Shown here: piece after piece, positions 14,500 through 28,985 of the stretch
Layout: each line of letters begins with the position of its first letter
Numbering within the stretch: position 1 is the first letter of the stretch
Translations under genes and position numbers: made by a program
Assembly: GCA_050084985.1 (NCBI GenBank)
Contig: JBITNC010000001.1
Coordinates: 142,786,001 to 142,850,000 of the forward strand
Direction: 5' to 3'
DNA: 64,000 nt
DNA from: Nageia nagi
Taxonomy: Eukaryota > Plantae > Pinophyta
The notes under the pieces: model-generated
Databases searched by the model: none
Seen by the model: the letters and a program-made list of their open reading frames with translations, nothing else
Told to the model about the DNA's origin: nothing

Positions 14500-17160
14500 T
14501 TCAAAGGTGAAGTGAAAGAATTCACATCAAATAATAATCCACTGATGTAGAGAGATAAATAACCAAATATGCTAGTGAAAATGATTTAGATAAGGATATT
14601 GTTGCATATAGCTATGATATTTAAGCAACTATAGTAAACTATAGGGTTCATTCAGATAATATTGGATATCAAACCCTTTCAAATCAACAACCTCCTATTA
14701 TAATTGCAAAGGAGATTATTTCTTAATTGAGTGATGATGAGGTATTCAAGAAGGTTATAAGTTCTAAGGAAAATAAGGACATGTTCATCAAGATTCTCAA
14801 TGGATTGCTAGTTGGGGAAAAAGATTATACAGTTGATGCACTTGAATACAAATAAATTGTAAAGCAATGCAAGTTACAACATTGTAATAGGCATAAGGAA
14901 AATATACCTCTTAACAATATAACTCTCATACCTGGTAAGAAAAATTTAAGATTTTTCACAAATAGGTATACACTTATTCTAAAAAAAAATCATTTATCCT
15001 TCCATATACTAGCATGGATGCAAACATCAGCATCGATGCTAACCTTAGCATGAGCATTGAGCCTCAAGTAGAAATAGTAGTTCCAATTCCTCTAGCAGTC
15101 TCTATGATAGATGCAGATTAAGATAATCAATAAGAGCTTATTATTTTAATTCAAAACATCAATGAAACACTTACTCCACCTACTACATTGCAATATTTTC
15201 TCCATCAAAAAGCTTAGGTTGATAACCTAATCCTAGCGGATAATATCAATGGTCTATCCATACAAGTTGAATAGAGTATACAAGATGAATAGATTCTAGA
15301 TTTTGATGAAGACACATATATATTCATTGAAGATTAGTGTGATCAAGAAAATCCTATAAAGTACAAAGAGATCAAAAAAATTATTGAAGAGGTTGATATA
15401 TCATATCTAGTTTGGTTAGAGGAAGATAACAAGATCATATCCAAATTTCTTCATTTAGTAGATGAGTTAGCCATTGCAATAATGAGTATACCATAAAAGG
15501 TATGATATTATAAGTGCCTACTTTAGAAATTTTAAAATAATTACAAAATTAGGATAGGAATATTTTAAATTAATAACAAGAAACTAGTACATTACACTCC
15601 CATACATGAGAAAAATATTAATAAGAAGAGGTAGATAGACTACTTGCTCAAGCTATGCAACCTATTGCTAGATGTACTTAAGAATAAAATGACATAAATA
15701 TGCATAAGTACTCAATTGTAATAGATAACATATGATATTGATACCTCATGATGATAGAGAGTGGTTAGTATCATCAACTTTGCATAGTATTATTCATGAC
15801 AAAAATGATCAAATAAGAGCTTTCAAAGTATTCAAACCTAGCTACTTATTACCAATATTTGAAGAAGGAAAATATTTTGAACAACCATTGGAAAATGCAA
15901 GGGAAAATGTTCAAGAAATTATACCATAACCACCCTTGGAGAAAGCATTGACAATGATAGCTATAGAAAGAATTGAAGGATTATAACAATAAGTCTTAAA
16001 AATATCAAATTATCAATATTTATATTCTCAACAAAATAAATACAATAATCCTTTGTGTATGCAAATAAGATCTACTATATTACTCTTTAAGAAAGATATG
16101 AAGTTCACAAGATTTTATAGTACTATTGATCCTTGTCTTCATATATGTATTTTTCTGATGAGGTGTCATCAATCACCTTATATGAGGACTTGCATGTGAA
16201 GTTATTTTTTTTGTCTCTAAAAGGAGACACTGTATAATGGTTTAGCAAGTTACCACATGCTAGGATTAATAGTTTTGCATTGTTGAAGATTGTATTTTGT
16301 GATCATTATCAAATACACATTCTAAAAAATATTATATTTTTTTATTTGAAAAAGATAAATAAAAGATAAGCATAATGTATTGAGAAATTCATCAAATTTT
16401 GGGCTAAAAAGTATAATCAGGTTCATGTAGATAACAATATGAAGATCCTAGCTTTCATTGAAATTCTTCAATCAAAGTAAATAGTAAAATATTTTTACTA
16501 CTATAAGTTACCTTTTGATGCATTTCTGCTTACATTATTATAAAAAGAAAGATTCAATATTATATATGTATAATGGAATTAAAAAAAGATAAGTCATCTT
16601 CACATCCTCAACATCTATACAAAAGGATCAATAATAAGAAACATAAATAGTAAGAAAAGTAGAATCAATATAAAAACAAATAGTAGAAACAAATCAAGTT
16701 CAAAAGGTTGACAAAGATGAGAATTCAGTATATATAGAATGTCAAAATTTTCTTAGAAAAAAATTCACACCTATCCATGATGATATTAATGAAGTTACAA
16801 GGTCTTTTATCAATAGAAAATTGCTAGTTTCATCACCTAAGCCTATAGCTCAGCTATCCTTTACAATGGGAGTACTAAAATCACACAAAATAGATGAGTT
16901 TCTATGAATATCATCAATAGTTAGGACATGTGATAGAATATTATGTGACATTACTCAATAAGATTTAAGACCTAATTGATCAAAAGAAGGTATCATCTTT
17001 GGAACCTAAATTAGATGATAAGCCAAAGTAACTAATTGGTCCTCAACATATAAAGAAAAATAGCATGGGAATTTTCAACAATCTATTCTTGAATTTTTTC
17101 AAACCTAAATCATCAAACACAAGCATTAAATTTGTGAGTAATCTTACCCTCATATGATAA
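14500..17160 (+). pseudogene. Decayed gag of the Gag+PMD element
   Basis: MKFTRFYSTIDPCLHICIF...YEDLHVKLFFLSLKGDTV*WFSKLPHARINSF (~16100-16280; Retrotrans_gag-like) and a Tat/Ogre-type knuckle FYEYHQ*LGHVIEYYVTLLNKI*DLIDQKKV (~16900-16990). No protease motif follows. The start is approximate. Confidence 0.75.
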
Positions 17161-17524
17161 AAAGGTACACATCATTACTTTTGCTCTTATCATTTATAGT
17201 TCTTTTGGTAAACAATAGTAGAATAGGTATCTTTATTTTAGTTTTGTGCTCAAATTCCCACTAGAACCTCATATCCATTATAGGATGTAATCCCCTTATC
17301 CTTTTCCTTAACCATACTAGGGGCATTCTCTAAATGCCAAAGACCTCTCCCCCATATCCTTTTTTCACTCAACATGAATGCTAAGATTGACACACACACT
17401 AGCATTCATGCAAAATATCAAGAAATAAATAGTTCCTTGAGGTCATCCATAGCATCTTAGGGATCATCAACTATGCCTTGCTTTATTGTTTTATCATCTA
17501 CCTAGAAACACTCAGCTAGGTACT

Positions 17525-19815
17525 TGTACATGTAATTTTATACATAGTGATTCTAAATATAATGAAAATATTATGTGTATACTCATGCATATTTTTTGAA
17601 AAATAAGAAGAGTTTTGTATAGGTATGATATATTTTGATCCTTTACTAATTGATAAAATGTTGATACTTAGTCAATTTTGAATATTTCTTGTAGTGTTTG
17701 ATTTTGATGGAGAGCTGATAGTATTGAAGTGAACAAAGATTGTTGGAATAGTGATAAAATATAATGGTGTTGATACTTAGTCAATTTTGAATATTTCCTA
17801 TAGTGTTTGATTTTGGTGGAGATTCAACATTATTGAGATGAAAAACATTTATCAAAATAATAGTTTAATAGAATAATGTTATACTTGGCCATTTTTATAT
17901 GTTTTGAAGAGCATTTAATTTTAGTAGAGATCTAACAAAGCAGAGCAAATCAAATTCTATTAAAATAATAAGAAAATCAAATAAATTAATTTTCTTCAAC
18001 ATAAGTCCTATCAATGGTGGTTAATCACACATCATGGTGTATCATAGTCACATTAACCACCTAACATGTTCCAATTGAGAGATTTGAGCTTCAACCATTC
18101 AGTTCAAAGTATGCCTAAATAATTTTACTAGAATAGTATATTTTCTTTTGTATTTAGTTTTGATGGATAATTTTGATATAGATACCTATAAATACTACTA
18201 GAACTCTAGCAAAACATTTATAGTTAATGTAAGTACTTTTAAGTATCAATGATCAAGAGAAGGCTAGAATAGTGAATCAAGGTACTAACAAAGACATCTT
18301 GACATCGAATTAGAATAAAAGATAAAGTGTTAAAAATGGATTTTGGTACAAGATGAAGTTTTTGATAAAGATAATTACCAATAAAAGTGTACAAATATTT
18401 TAAATCAAATTTGCACTTTAGATATAACTAATGTCATTCATGCTACTTTGGACTCTGAAAGGAAGCAAGTTTACTAAGTTTGCATGCAATACAAAGAAAA
18501 TTTGTCTCTTGAATGGTGGAGATGATATTAGAATCCTTTGCACTATATAAGATATTTCAAAATACATTCTCTAAATCAAAGAAAAGGAAGTCCACACTTC
18601 AAAGAGTGTTGATGTCATTAAGCTTATTTGCACTATGAAAATACAATAATACAAAGGAAATATATACTCTAGAGAGAGCTGATATCATAAGATTTATCTA
18701 CATTATAAAAGTATAACCATTATTCAAAAGACACTATTGAATGACCTAGATTCAAATATCAAGTTTGTAGAGCCTCCATAACCATTAAATACCCTTGTTT
18801 GATCAGATTAAAATTAAAATGTAAGAAGATAGGGTTATTAGTTAGCTAACTCAATGAGACTTGACATGAAAAATTAGATTTTTGGTTTAGAATTAAGGTA
18901 ATAACTCCTATGACTATATCTTTGAGAAGAGTCTAATCAAGGAAAACTACTTGAGAAATTATATCCAAGTGTTCTCCAGCTGTAGACACATGATTTGATC
19001 ATAAGCAAACCTTGATCCAATTTTATATCTAATTACATCCTAAAGATAAGGTAAATCAAAATCAAAAGATTCCAAATGTGACTACTACTAAAGATTAAGA
19101 AGATTATGGCACTCTTACTCATTGTACAATGGATCAATCCAATTTTCTTAGGATTTGATTCTAGATGATGTAAATATCTTTCTAAGATCCAAAAGAAGTT
19201 ATTTTGTAATCAATAATTATTACATCTTATAAGTTTAGTAGATAGTTATCTATCCCAGCTCTTATAAACTTTTATAAATACTAGAGGTCTCTACTAAATA
19301 AAAGATTGAATACTTGTTAAACATTATCCTTTGAAAATTACTCTATGTGTTTTGGGATAATGAGCTTGTATTGTTTTCCCTCTTAAGTTGTGTTTGAAAT
19401 ATTTATGAATTTAGGGTTGTTTCAACTAGTTATGCACCTTCTAGTAAGTAATTCATGCATGGATTAGGTTGTGGATATTAGGTACTACAATCATCTTATT
19501 ACCACATCTAGCTAATACTACCTATGACTATGAAATTTTAGCAATATCTATACCAAAGGATCAGAAGATTTCTAATGTCTTTGGTGGTGCTAGTTCACCC
19601 TCTTTGGCCCTATATATTTCTAACTCTTATCTTTTTTAATGCTATACATTTCTAATGCTAATATTTTCTAACCCTTAAACTCAAAACCCTAATAGATAAG
19701 GAGTTGATATTCATACCAAAGATCAATTTACAAAAGTTTGTATCTTATATCTAGGATGTACTATGGTTAAAAGAATGCAATTCATATTACCTTAGGTCAT
19801 TCAATAGTATCTCCA
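17525..19815 (+). repeat. 5' LTR of the TatII-like element
   Basis: TGTACATG...GTATCTCCA; colinear with 40488-42841. Contains ~110-bp tandem units (17661, 17770, ~17880), TATAAATA at ~19273 and short TTTCTAAC repeats at 19617-19675. Confidence 0.85.
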
Positions 19816-19818
19816 ATT

Positions 19819-19995
19819 TGGCACCCTTAATGGGACACTAACCCAATAATTTGTAAATTAAAAGGCCAAAACTTCATTTTAGCACACCCAGTGGGACCTC
19901 AAATCATGAATTTGTAAATCAATGCTCAAATATCTAATTTAACATGCCCAAAGGGACTTCAAACCACTAATTAGTAATTCATAAGGCCTTAACCA
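19819..19995 (+). repeat. Three ~60-bp tandem units, each starting with a tRNA-Arg-type PBS
   Basis: TGGCACCCTTAATGGGAC (19819), TAGCACACCCAGTGGGAC (19880) and TAACATGCCCAAAGGGAC (19940), compared with the Arg PBS TGGCACGCCCRGTGGGAC. Confidence 0.8.
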
Positions 19996-20299
19996 TAGCT
20001 TATTGGAAACTTTGATATCAAAGATAACAAAAAATTACCCTTTTATGATCATGAGAATAACTTTACACTAAGTGTGAGTATTTTGTTCATAGACTAGCTT
20101 ACCTATTTGCTTTTTTTCTCCTCACCAGTTTTATGCTAACAAGGAGAAAAGAAAGAGACATAGGATAACATCCCATATTTCTAGAGCTATATTCTAGAAG
20201 AATACCAAGAAGTAGGCCTTACCTACTATCTTTGAAGATGACAAATTTCTACAAGCAGTACCTATAACCTCGTTACTTCCTCCTCCAATAAATCCTCCT

Positions 20300-23200
20300 T
20301 GTATACCAATAGTAATGCATGACTGATAAAATAAAGCACCATTTATCTACAATATAATATTAAAGAATATATCATAAATATGACATCAAATAAGCATGAT
20401 AATTAATGTGCCTTCATTGCATTCTCATCAACATGAGATAATATATATCATACATTCATTACTATAACACACCATAGAAAATGCATGCCACTAGCTATGT
20501 AAAATAAGTAGATCTATGAATAAAAGAAAAGATGTGAATAAGCGATATGAAGGGTTTAAAGAATATATGTAGAGGTGGTGTTACAAAACATCATTATTGG
20601 TCAGATAGAATGATCTTGCATGTTTTGGTATCTATCTTTTGAAATCTTTCGATATCAATTGTGTTTCCTTTGATATTATTTTATATCAATGTTTTGATCT
20701 TCTTTAATTCTTGGGATCATTATCCATTACATTGTTTGTGGTATCTTTCTTTATATTTGACACTCTTTACATTATATAACGGTCCATTACATTGATTACA
20801 TTACCTTGGGTAAATTTTACCCCCTTTTTACAATAAATATTCTTTGATGCTATAAAATTAATTATTTGAATAATAATAATTTATTTTTAGGTGTCTACAT
20901 TTTGCCCTTCTTTGGAGGTATGATTAAAGCAATGAAATAACATATCCAAAGAAGAAGTATAGAAGGAAATTTCTGGAAATCCTTAAATTCTTCATCAAGC
21001 ACTACTATTTGATGATGGTGAGGGTCCTTTGTTTCTCCCTTTTGGCTTAGTTTCCCTAGTAAAGGAATTTGAGTGGTGCAACCAAGAAAAAATCTAAATA
21101 ACTATATCTTTTTTCCCTTGTAATATTTTTGATATGGAAGGAACTCTGTTATTAGGGAGGATTATGGTCCCATGTTCAATCTACAAAATAGAAGAGGTTC
21201 TTTTTCCCCTTACATTATTTAACCATAAGTATGGCCATTTTTTCATTTTTTATACTCAATAATATAATGCACTTATGTCCATACCTTGATACAAAAGAAG
21301 TCCATTTTATTGTCACCTTTGTCTTGTTGTCATTCATGCTAATGGATGTGTGAAAATAGTTCTTTTACACCATTGATGGTGTGGATTATAAATCATTTTA
21401 TTTCCTTATTTTGATGTAAATACTTGAAAAAATTATTAGATATACCTTGTATGAAATATTTTGGATATGTATAGTGAGTTTCATTTTCCATTGATGATGA
21501 TTCAATATTAGCAATCTACTTACAGCTGCATCATTAGTTTATCTTTTAAGTGAGTGAACTCTTACTAGTCATATCAATGGATATTGATGATCATACATTT
21601 TATGTCTATGAACATGAGATATTATGCTTTTTATGGTACAAATAAAATACCATATGGATACATAATAAGTTGTATTATCCATTGAGGATGAATCAATATC
21701 CACAGCTTGCTTATGGCTACATCATTGATTTTTCTTTTAAGTGAGTGAACTCTCACTAGCCACATCGATGGTTATTAGTGGTCATAAATTTTATGTTTAT
21801 GACCTTGATACATTATTATTTGTATCATAAAAATAAAAAACCATGTGGATACATAGCAAGTTATATAATCCATTAAGGATGAATCAATGTCCACAGATTG
21901 CTTACAGATACATTGCCAATTTATCTTTTATGTGAGTGAACTCTCACTAGCCATATCAATGGCCATCGATAACCTAACTTTTATCTATCCATGGTCCATA
22001 TACATTATACTATCATCATTTTTTTATGTATTTTATGGTGTGTAAATAGTAATGCATATTTTTAGATGCAAGAAAAAAGTGAAACAAATTACAAAAATGA
22101 AAATTAATAATAAAACACATGTACTTGCATGACATATTTATTATTTTGCAAGGTAAAAATTCATTGTCTCATGCAAATAAGAATTTAAGGTGCATAGAAT
22201 TGAAGTTTTTTAGTTCTTATTTTCGATCCATGAATGATAACTTATAAGCTCTTAATCCTATTATTTCAATGATAATAAATTGGCCCATCCAATTGGTTCA
22301 AATTTTCCTTTTACTTCATCATTTGCAACTATCTTGTTAATGTTTTCCTTCAGTACCAAGTCTCCCACTTTGAATTCCTTTGGTTTGATCTTCTTTCCAA
22401 ATACCCTTTTCAATTTTACATGATATACCTTCTGGTGTTCAATTGCCTTGATTCTCTTCTCATCAAGTGATTCCAAATATTGTAATCTAACTTTCCTTGC
22501 TTCTTCATATGATATTTCTCCTTTTAATGAAATTCATAAGGATGATAACTCCAACTCTAATTGTACCATAGCCTCATCTTCATAGACTAATTAAAGTGGT
22601 GTTTCCTACATGGTTATTCTAATACTTGTTTTGTGTGCCCATAATGCATATGGTAACTATTCATGCTAATCTACCTTGTATTTATCCCAAGGTTTTGACA
22701 AGATGATCTTTATGATTTTATTTGATTCTTTTGCTTGACCATTGCCTTGAGGGTAAAAAACTAAGGAAAATGTTTCAGCAATGTGGACCTTTTTATAAAA
22801 GGCTTTCATATTTTACCTTTAAAATTTGGTCCATTATCTACTATCAACCTTTGTGGAACCCCAAACCTGGCTATGATATTCTCTATAAAGAAATCAATGA
22901 TCTTATCTTGTGTTACTAACTTCATTAGAATGGATTCAACCCATTTCATATTGAACTCTATAGCTATGATAATGAATTTGTACCCTTCCTTTGAATGTGA
23001 GTTGATAAGCCCAATCAAATCTATGCCCCATGTTGCAAATTGCCAAGGCGAAACTATGTAATTTAGTTCTTGAGTTGGTTTTTTCTCCAAATTTGCATGC
23101 TTTTGACAATGTAAATAAGTTTTAACATGATTCTTACAATCCTCTTCCATTGTAATCTAATAATACCCAATTAGTAAAAGCTTAGTGTACATTTGTTTTG

Positions 23201-26200
23201 CATGAAAATGTCCTCCACACAACCCATCATGTGCTTGTTCTAATGATGTTATTGTTTCATGTTGTGTTATACATCTTAACAAAGCTCCATTAAATGACCT
23301 TCTATATAACACTTCACCAATAGTCACATACTTAACAATTGTTCTCTTTAATATAACTTTTTCATTTCTATTAAGACTTGATGGAATAGTTTGATCTTTT
23401 AAATAATTATAAATATAAACATATCATTGTTAAGGATCACTTTCTATGTCAAGGTGACATGTATGTACTTTTTCTATGTGATCAAGATAATAAGGTGTAC
23501 CAAGCTTTTAAATCTTGAGAATAGTTTCTTCATCTTATATCTCAATTAGTGCCAATGAAGCTTCACTTGTCATTGCATCTGTATACCTATTATTAGTCCT
23601 TGGGATATTCTAAATATTATACCTATGAAACTCATTAAGCAACTCAAAAATCACTATCTTATATGGCTTTAACTTTTCATCCTTTGTAATGTATGCATCA
23701 TTAACTTGATTTACCACAAGATATCACCATAGATCTCCAAATCTTCTATTTTCAAGGTTATAACTTCTTTTAATCCCAAAATTAAGGCCTCATACTCTAC
23801 CATGTTACTAGTGTACTCAAATCCAAGATTATAAACCATAAGAATTACCTCCTTTGTAGGTGAAACTAAAATAATACATGCCCCTGCTCCATAAGAACAC
23901 TTAGATCCATTAAAATATAGGGTCTAGGCATTAGTTTCATCTTCCATGTAGTACATGAACTCATTTGAGATTATCATTTCATAAATATCACATTGTTGAT
24001 AGTTTTATATTAGTACTGCATGTTGTTGCCTACATGAATCCTCATCATACTTATCTAGTAGCTCTTCATGTATCACTATACCATCATTATGAGGGAATTC
24101 TACTATCAAGTTTGCAATTTCTTAACCTTTCATAGATTTTTTCTTTACCACATTAATATCAAATTCTTGCAACAAAATCAACCACTTAACTACCCTTCCT
24201 GATAATGTTATTTTGCTACAAGATATTTCAATGGGTTAACTAGGCTAACAACATATGTAGTCCAATATAAAATATAATTTCTCAATTATTTTATAGCAAA
24301 AACAATACCAAAGAAAATATTTTCCATAGATGTGTATCTAGTTTCATAATCAATAAGGGTTTTGCTAAGGTAGTATATTGCCCTTACTTTATTCTCATCG
24401 TCTTTCTGATACAACATTGCCCCCAAGGCATACAAAGTAGTTGATATATAGATATATGTTAGTTTTACAAAATCCATATGCACTAATATAAGAGGATTTA
24501 GCAAGTGTTATTTAATATCTTCAAATGTTATTTGACATTTTTCATCCCATACAAACTTAACATCCTTTTTCAACAAATGAGTAAATGGTCTACATTTTTC
24601 TCCAAGTTGGGAAATGAATCTTATTACCAAATTTATATTACCTTAAATACTTCTTATTTTCTTGAGGTTCCTTGGGTTTGGCATGCTTACTATGGCTTTC
24701 ACCTTTTTAGGATCTACTTTAATACCTCTTTTTGAGATCATGAATCTAAGAAATTTTCTTAAAGTAACACCAAAAGAACACTTTTAAGGTTTGAGTCTAA
24801 GCTTATACCTTTTTAATATTTAAAATACTTTTTCAAGAAGATCTAAATGGTATTGGACTTGATTTTATTAGACTAATATGTCACCAACATATACCTCTAC
24901 TGCTTTATGAATGTGCTCATGGAACATGGACACCATAGACCTTTGATAGGTACCACCTATATTTTTAAATCCAACAAAAATTTTCCCATAGTGTATTGAA
25001 CTTAGTCTTATATTGATCAGTTGAATTAATTAATATTTTGTTATACCTCAAAAAATCCATCCATAAAAGATAAAGTATCATGATCAAAAATACTATCCAC
25101 AATCATATAAATATTAGGTAATGGAAAATCATCTTTGGGCAAGCATTATTGATATCAAAAAAATCAATATAAAATATTATTTTTCTAGTGGATTTGTAAT
25201 AGGAACAATGTTAGCCATCCATTTTAAATAATCTATTGGTTTAATAAATCTAGCATTCAAATATTTCTCTATATCTTTCTTGACTAGCAATACCTTGGAA
25301 AGATGCATATTTCTTAGTTTTTGTTTAATTAGCTTAGCTCAATATTTAAGTGGTAAATTATGCATAATAAAATAAGGATCTAAACCAAAAATATTAGCAT
25401 AAGACCAAGAAAATTCTTTTGATTTTCAATAAATTTATTTTTGTATCTTTGTTCTTGAGGTGTTGGAAGGGTTGCTCCAACTTTACCCAAACTTTTCTCA
25501 TCACTTGTTCCAATATTGACATCTACTAGCTATTCAGATGGAAATGTAAATTTGTCCTTTTTCTATAGCAATGGGGGAAACTCTTCTAATCCTTGAACAT
25601 CACCTATATCATAATATCCTTACTGAACCTAAAACACTTCATTGAAATTCACTTCTTGTCTAAAATATGTATACTCATTAAGAATATAACTTATTTTCCA
25701 TTTTTCATTGGACCTAGGTAATTTTAAATGTTCCCTCAAGTATTCTAAAATATCATCATCAGTACCAAAGCAATAAAACTCAAGTGGTTAGTGGTATAGT
25801 ATCATCAAGCTATAAATATTCATTAATATCATTAGAAAGTTTAATAAAATTGGATTCTTTTATAAACATAATAGGTCCCATTGTTTGTTTTGTATTCTGA
25901 TTACAACCTAATCCATTCTTCAATTTTTGAAATCTTAAAGTAGTAGTAAAATAAGACATTCATTGTTCTAATTTACCTAAAACTCCTCCTTTATATATGT
26001 ACTTTTCTATCATGTATTTGTGAAAATAAGATATGGAAAGGTTTTACCCATTACATTTGTCACATGATCCTTCATTGACATCTCTATACTAGGTGATACT
26101 ATCACTACAGAAAATTATCCCCCATCAATTTCACTATTTTCACATTGTTGATAGAATTCAAGTAGTATGGCAAGCTATTGATGGCCTTAAAAAATGAGAA

Positions 26201-28985
26201 TTTTTTATTATCCCAAATCTTAATAGATGTAAACATATCAAGATTTTTTATTATATATGTACTTGTTTCTACAATCTAAGGTTGTTTTTCTACATTTACC
26301 ACTAGTGCACCTATTTCCAAAGGTACAATCTCATATCTAGGACAAGTCATTATGAATTCTTCCAAATCTGTTGCATTACATAAAGCATATGGTTCTAGAT
26401 CACCTATTACTATATGGACCTCACCCTGATATTCAAATTTCAACCTACCATGTACTGTAGATGGGACTACATCTATATCATGAAGCTAAGGTCCTTCTAA
26501 CAATATATTATATGACAATTTTGATTCCAAAACCTGAAATTGAGTTCCAACTATTCTAACCCTTATTGAAATCCAAAATGTAGCTATCATAATTAGCTTT
26601 TTGGATGAACTATCATATGCTCTAATTCTAAATGTAACTTCTTCTAAGGGAGGTATTTCTACACCTTTTTTTTGAAGTTGTATCAAAAATTTATGAGAAC
26701 ATACATTAATAGTTGAGCCATTATCTACCAATGTTATTTTATATCTCCCATCCATATATCATAGGCATGATATACAAAGCTAGACATTTAACAAGGAGTT
26801 CTTTACTAATCCTTTTAGATCTATAAAAAGAGATTACATTACATTCCTTAATAGATCTAAGCTTTTCTAAAAGCATGGTAGAAGATAAATTGTTTGGGAT
26901 AATTTCTTTTTTAAACAAAGCATATAATATCTCCCTATGTGTTTCAGATGTAGAGATGAGATCATACAACTAATCTTGGTAAGAGTAGTTTCCAATTATT
27001 CAATCATGTTATGAGTTTTGGGATTAGGTGGGACACATACTTGTTCAGTAGTAACTTAGTTTGGAATATATCTTGAATGCCCCTTTAGTAATCTAGAACA
27101 AACTTCTTTATCAACTAAAACTATGTTCATTGTTACCTCTATATCTGAATTTTTCTAATCAATTTCATATCTTCCTTGGGAAATGAGATCTAGAATCCCT
27201 ACCTCCAATGCTTTGCAAAAATTTGTACCATGACCCTTCCTTTGATGATAAGCACAATAAGCATCAAATTTTCCTATATGAACATTATTATATTGGTTTG
27301 TTTTCTCTAATGGCTATAATAGACTTCTTTTCATCAGATATCTCATAATAAACCTTGGTTGAATTGAAAATGTATACCTTCTTTCTCTAGTTGTACCTAA
27401 TCTTTGTAATTTGGGTGGAGAATTAGGTGTATCATATATATTCACTAGCTTTTCTTATTTCTTTGTATATGTTATCCTATTTTCCTTAGTATACAGAGTA
27501 TATGTATACTTGAGATCTCCTAACTTAAGAAAAATGTTCTCTTTTTATAGTAATTATTGTACTAATACCCCAAATATAATATTATTATTACTTGGAGTAT
27601 GCAAGTTAATGATTGCAAAAATAGAATATCTGAATATACCATAAATTTCACTTTCATCCAATTTACTATGAATAGATTGCCATACCTTTTTAAACCTTGG
27701 AATATACTTCTCTAGGGTTTCACTATTTCCTTGGTGCATCATACATAACTTTGAAATAGTTCCTTTCTCTTTAACATTATGTTTATATTGACCTATAAAT
27801 GCTTTGACCAATGATTTGAATGAATTGATTGATCCCCATAACAAATTATATAACCATTTACTAGCATCACCTTTTAAACTCCTTGGTAAACATTTGGTCA
27901 TCAATCTTTCCTTTGATCCTAATTTCAACAAGCACTCCTCCTACAAGGTAATAAGATGCTACTTTGGGTCTTCTTCACCACTAAAAATCTCAAACTTAGG
28001 GTCCTTATGCTTGTATGGTAGGGGATAATTGGAGATATCAACCAAAAATAATGAGGTAAATACCCTATGATAGTCCTTTTCAATTTGTTGGGATCTTTTT
28101 CTATTCTCAAGATTACCTACCCTTGCAGCTAGTGATAGATTTGTAACTAACTATGAACTATTGCTAAAGTTTTGTATCGACATCAGCTACATAGTAAGAT
28201 CTACCACTTTATTCCATAATTATGCTACTTGTTATTCAATTTTTGCACCACTAACCATGTAGAAATAGTCTATGAGTGATGCTAACAATGTATATTACTT
28301 ACAAATATTTTATGAGATCTTGTCAATAGGGTAATATTTATTGAAATAGATGGGTTCACTAAAATGTAGATAAAAAATAATGCACAAGTGATAAAACAAA
28401 GAACTATTTATCTACAATATAATATTGAAGCATATATTATAAATATGACATCAAACAAGCATGATAATCAATGTACCTTCATTGTATTTGCATTAACATG
28501 ATATAATATATATCATACATCCATCACCATAACATACCATAGGAAATGCATGCTACCAATGGCCTAGAAGCATGCCACTAGCTACATGAAAGAAGTAGAT
28601 CTATGAACATAAGTAAAGATCCAAACAAGTGATATGAAGGGTTTAATGAATCTATGTAGAGGTGGTGTTACAAAAAATCATTCTTATTTGAATAGAATGA
28701 TCTTGAATGTTTTGGTATCTCTCTCTTGATATATATCGATATCAATAGTGTTTCCTTTGATATTATTTTATAGCAACATTTTTATCCTCTTTGATTACTG
28801 GGATCATTATCCATTACATTGTTTGTGGTTTCTTTCTTAATATTTAACACTCTTTACATAATATAATGGTCCATTACATTAACTAAATTGCCTTGGGTAC
28901 ATTTTACCCCCTTTTTACAATTAATATTCCTTAATGTTATAAATGAATCATTTAAATAATTATAATTCATTTTTAGGCATCTACA
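20300..28985 (-). mobile_element. Ogre/Tat-like Ty3/gypsy element, decayed (gag-PR-RT-RH-aRH-INT)
   Basis: LTRs at 20300-20899 and 28365-28985 (TGTA...TCTACA), perfect TSD CTCCT (20295-20299, 28986-28990), PPT-like CCAAAGAAGGGCAAAA (minus strand) beside the left LTR. Gag ORF 27554-27931, PR LVDNGSTINVC (ORF 26486-26755), RT VEVYVGDIL (~24875-24900), RH (ORF 24286-24504), aRH LYFNGS...GAG...NMVEYEAL (~23780-23925), INT WGIDLIG...LIVDNGPNF (22806-23150) and C-terminal FKVGDLVL (22261-22476). Confidence 0.92.
21480..22010. repeat. 191-bp tandem array (~2.8 copies) in the 3' UTR of the Ogre-like element
   Basis: GTGAGTGAACTCTYACTAG starts at 21550, 21741 and 21932, and the intervening sequence is also similar between units. 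Confidence 0.85.

Noticed and set aside
21480-22010. Hairpin repeats at fixed spacing, superficially CRISPR-like or hammerhead-like
   Set aside because: The intervening sequences are homologous rather than unique spacers, there are no cas genes, and no CTGANGA/GAAA hammerhead core is visible.
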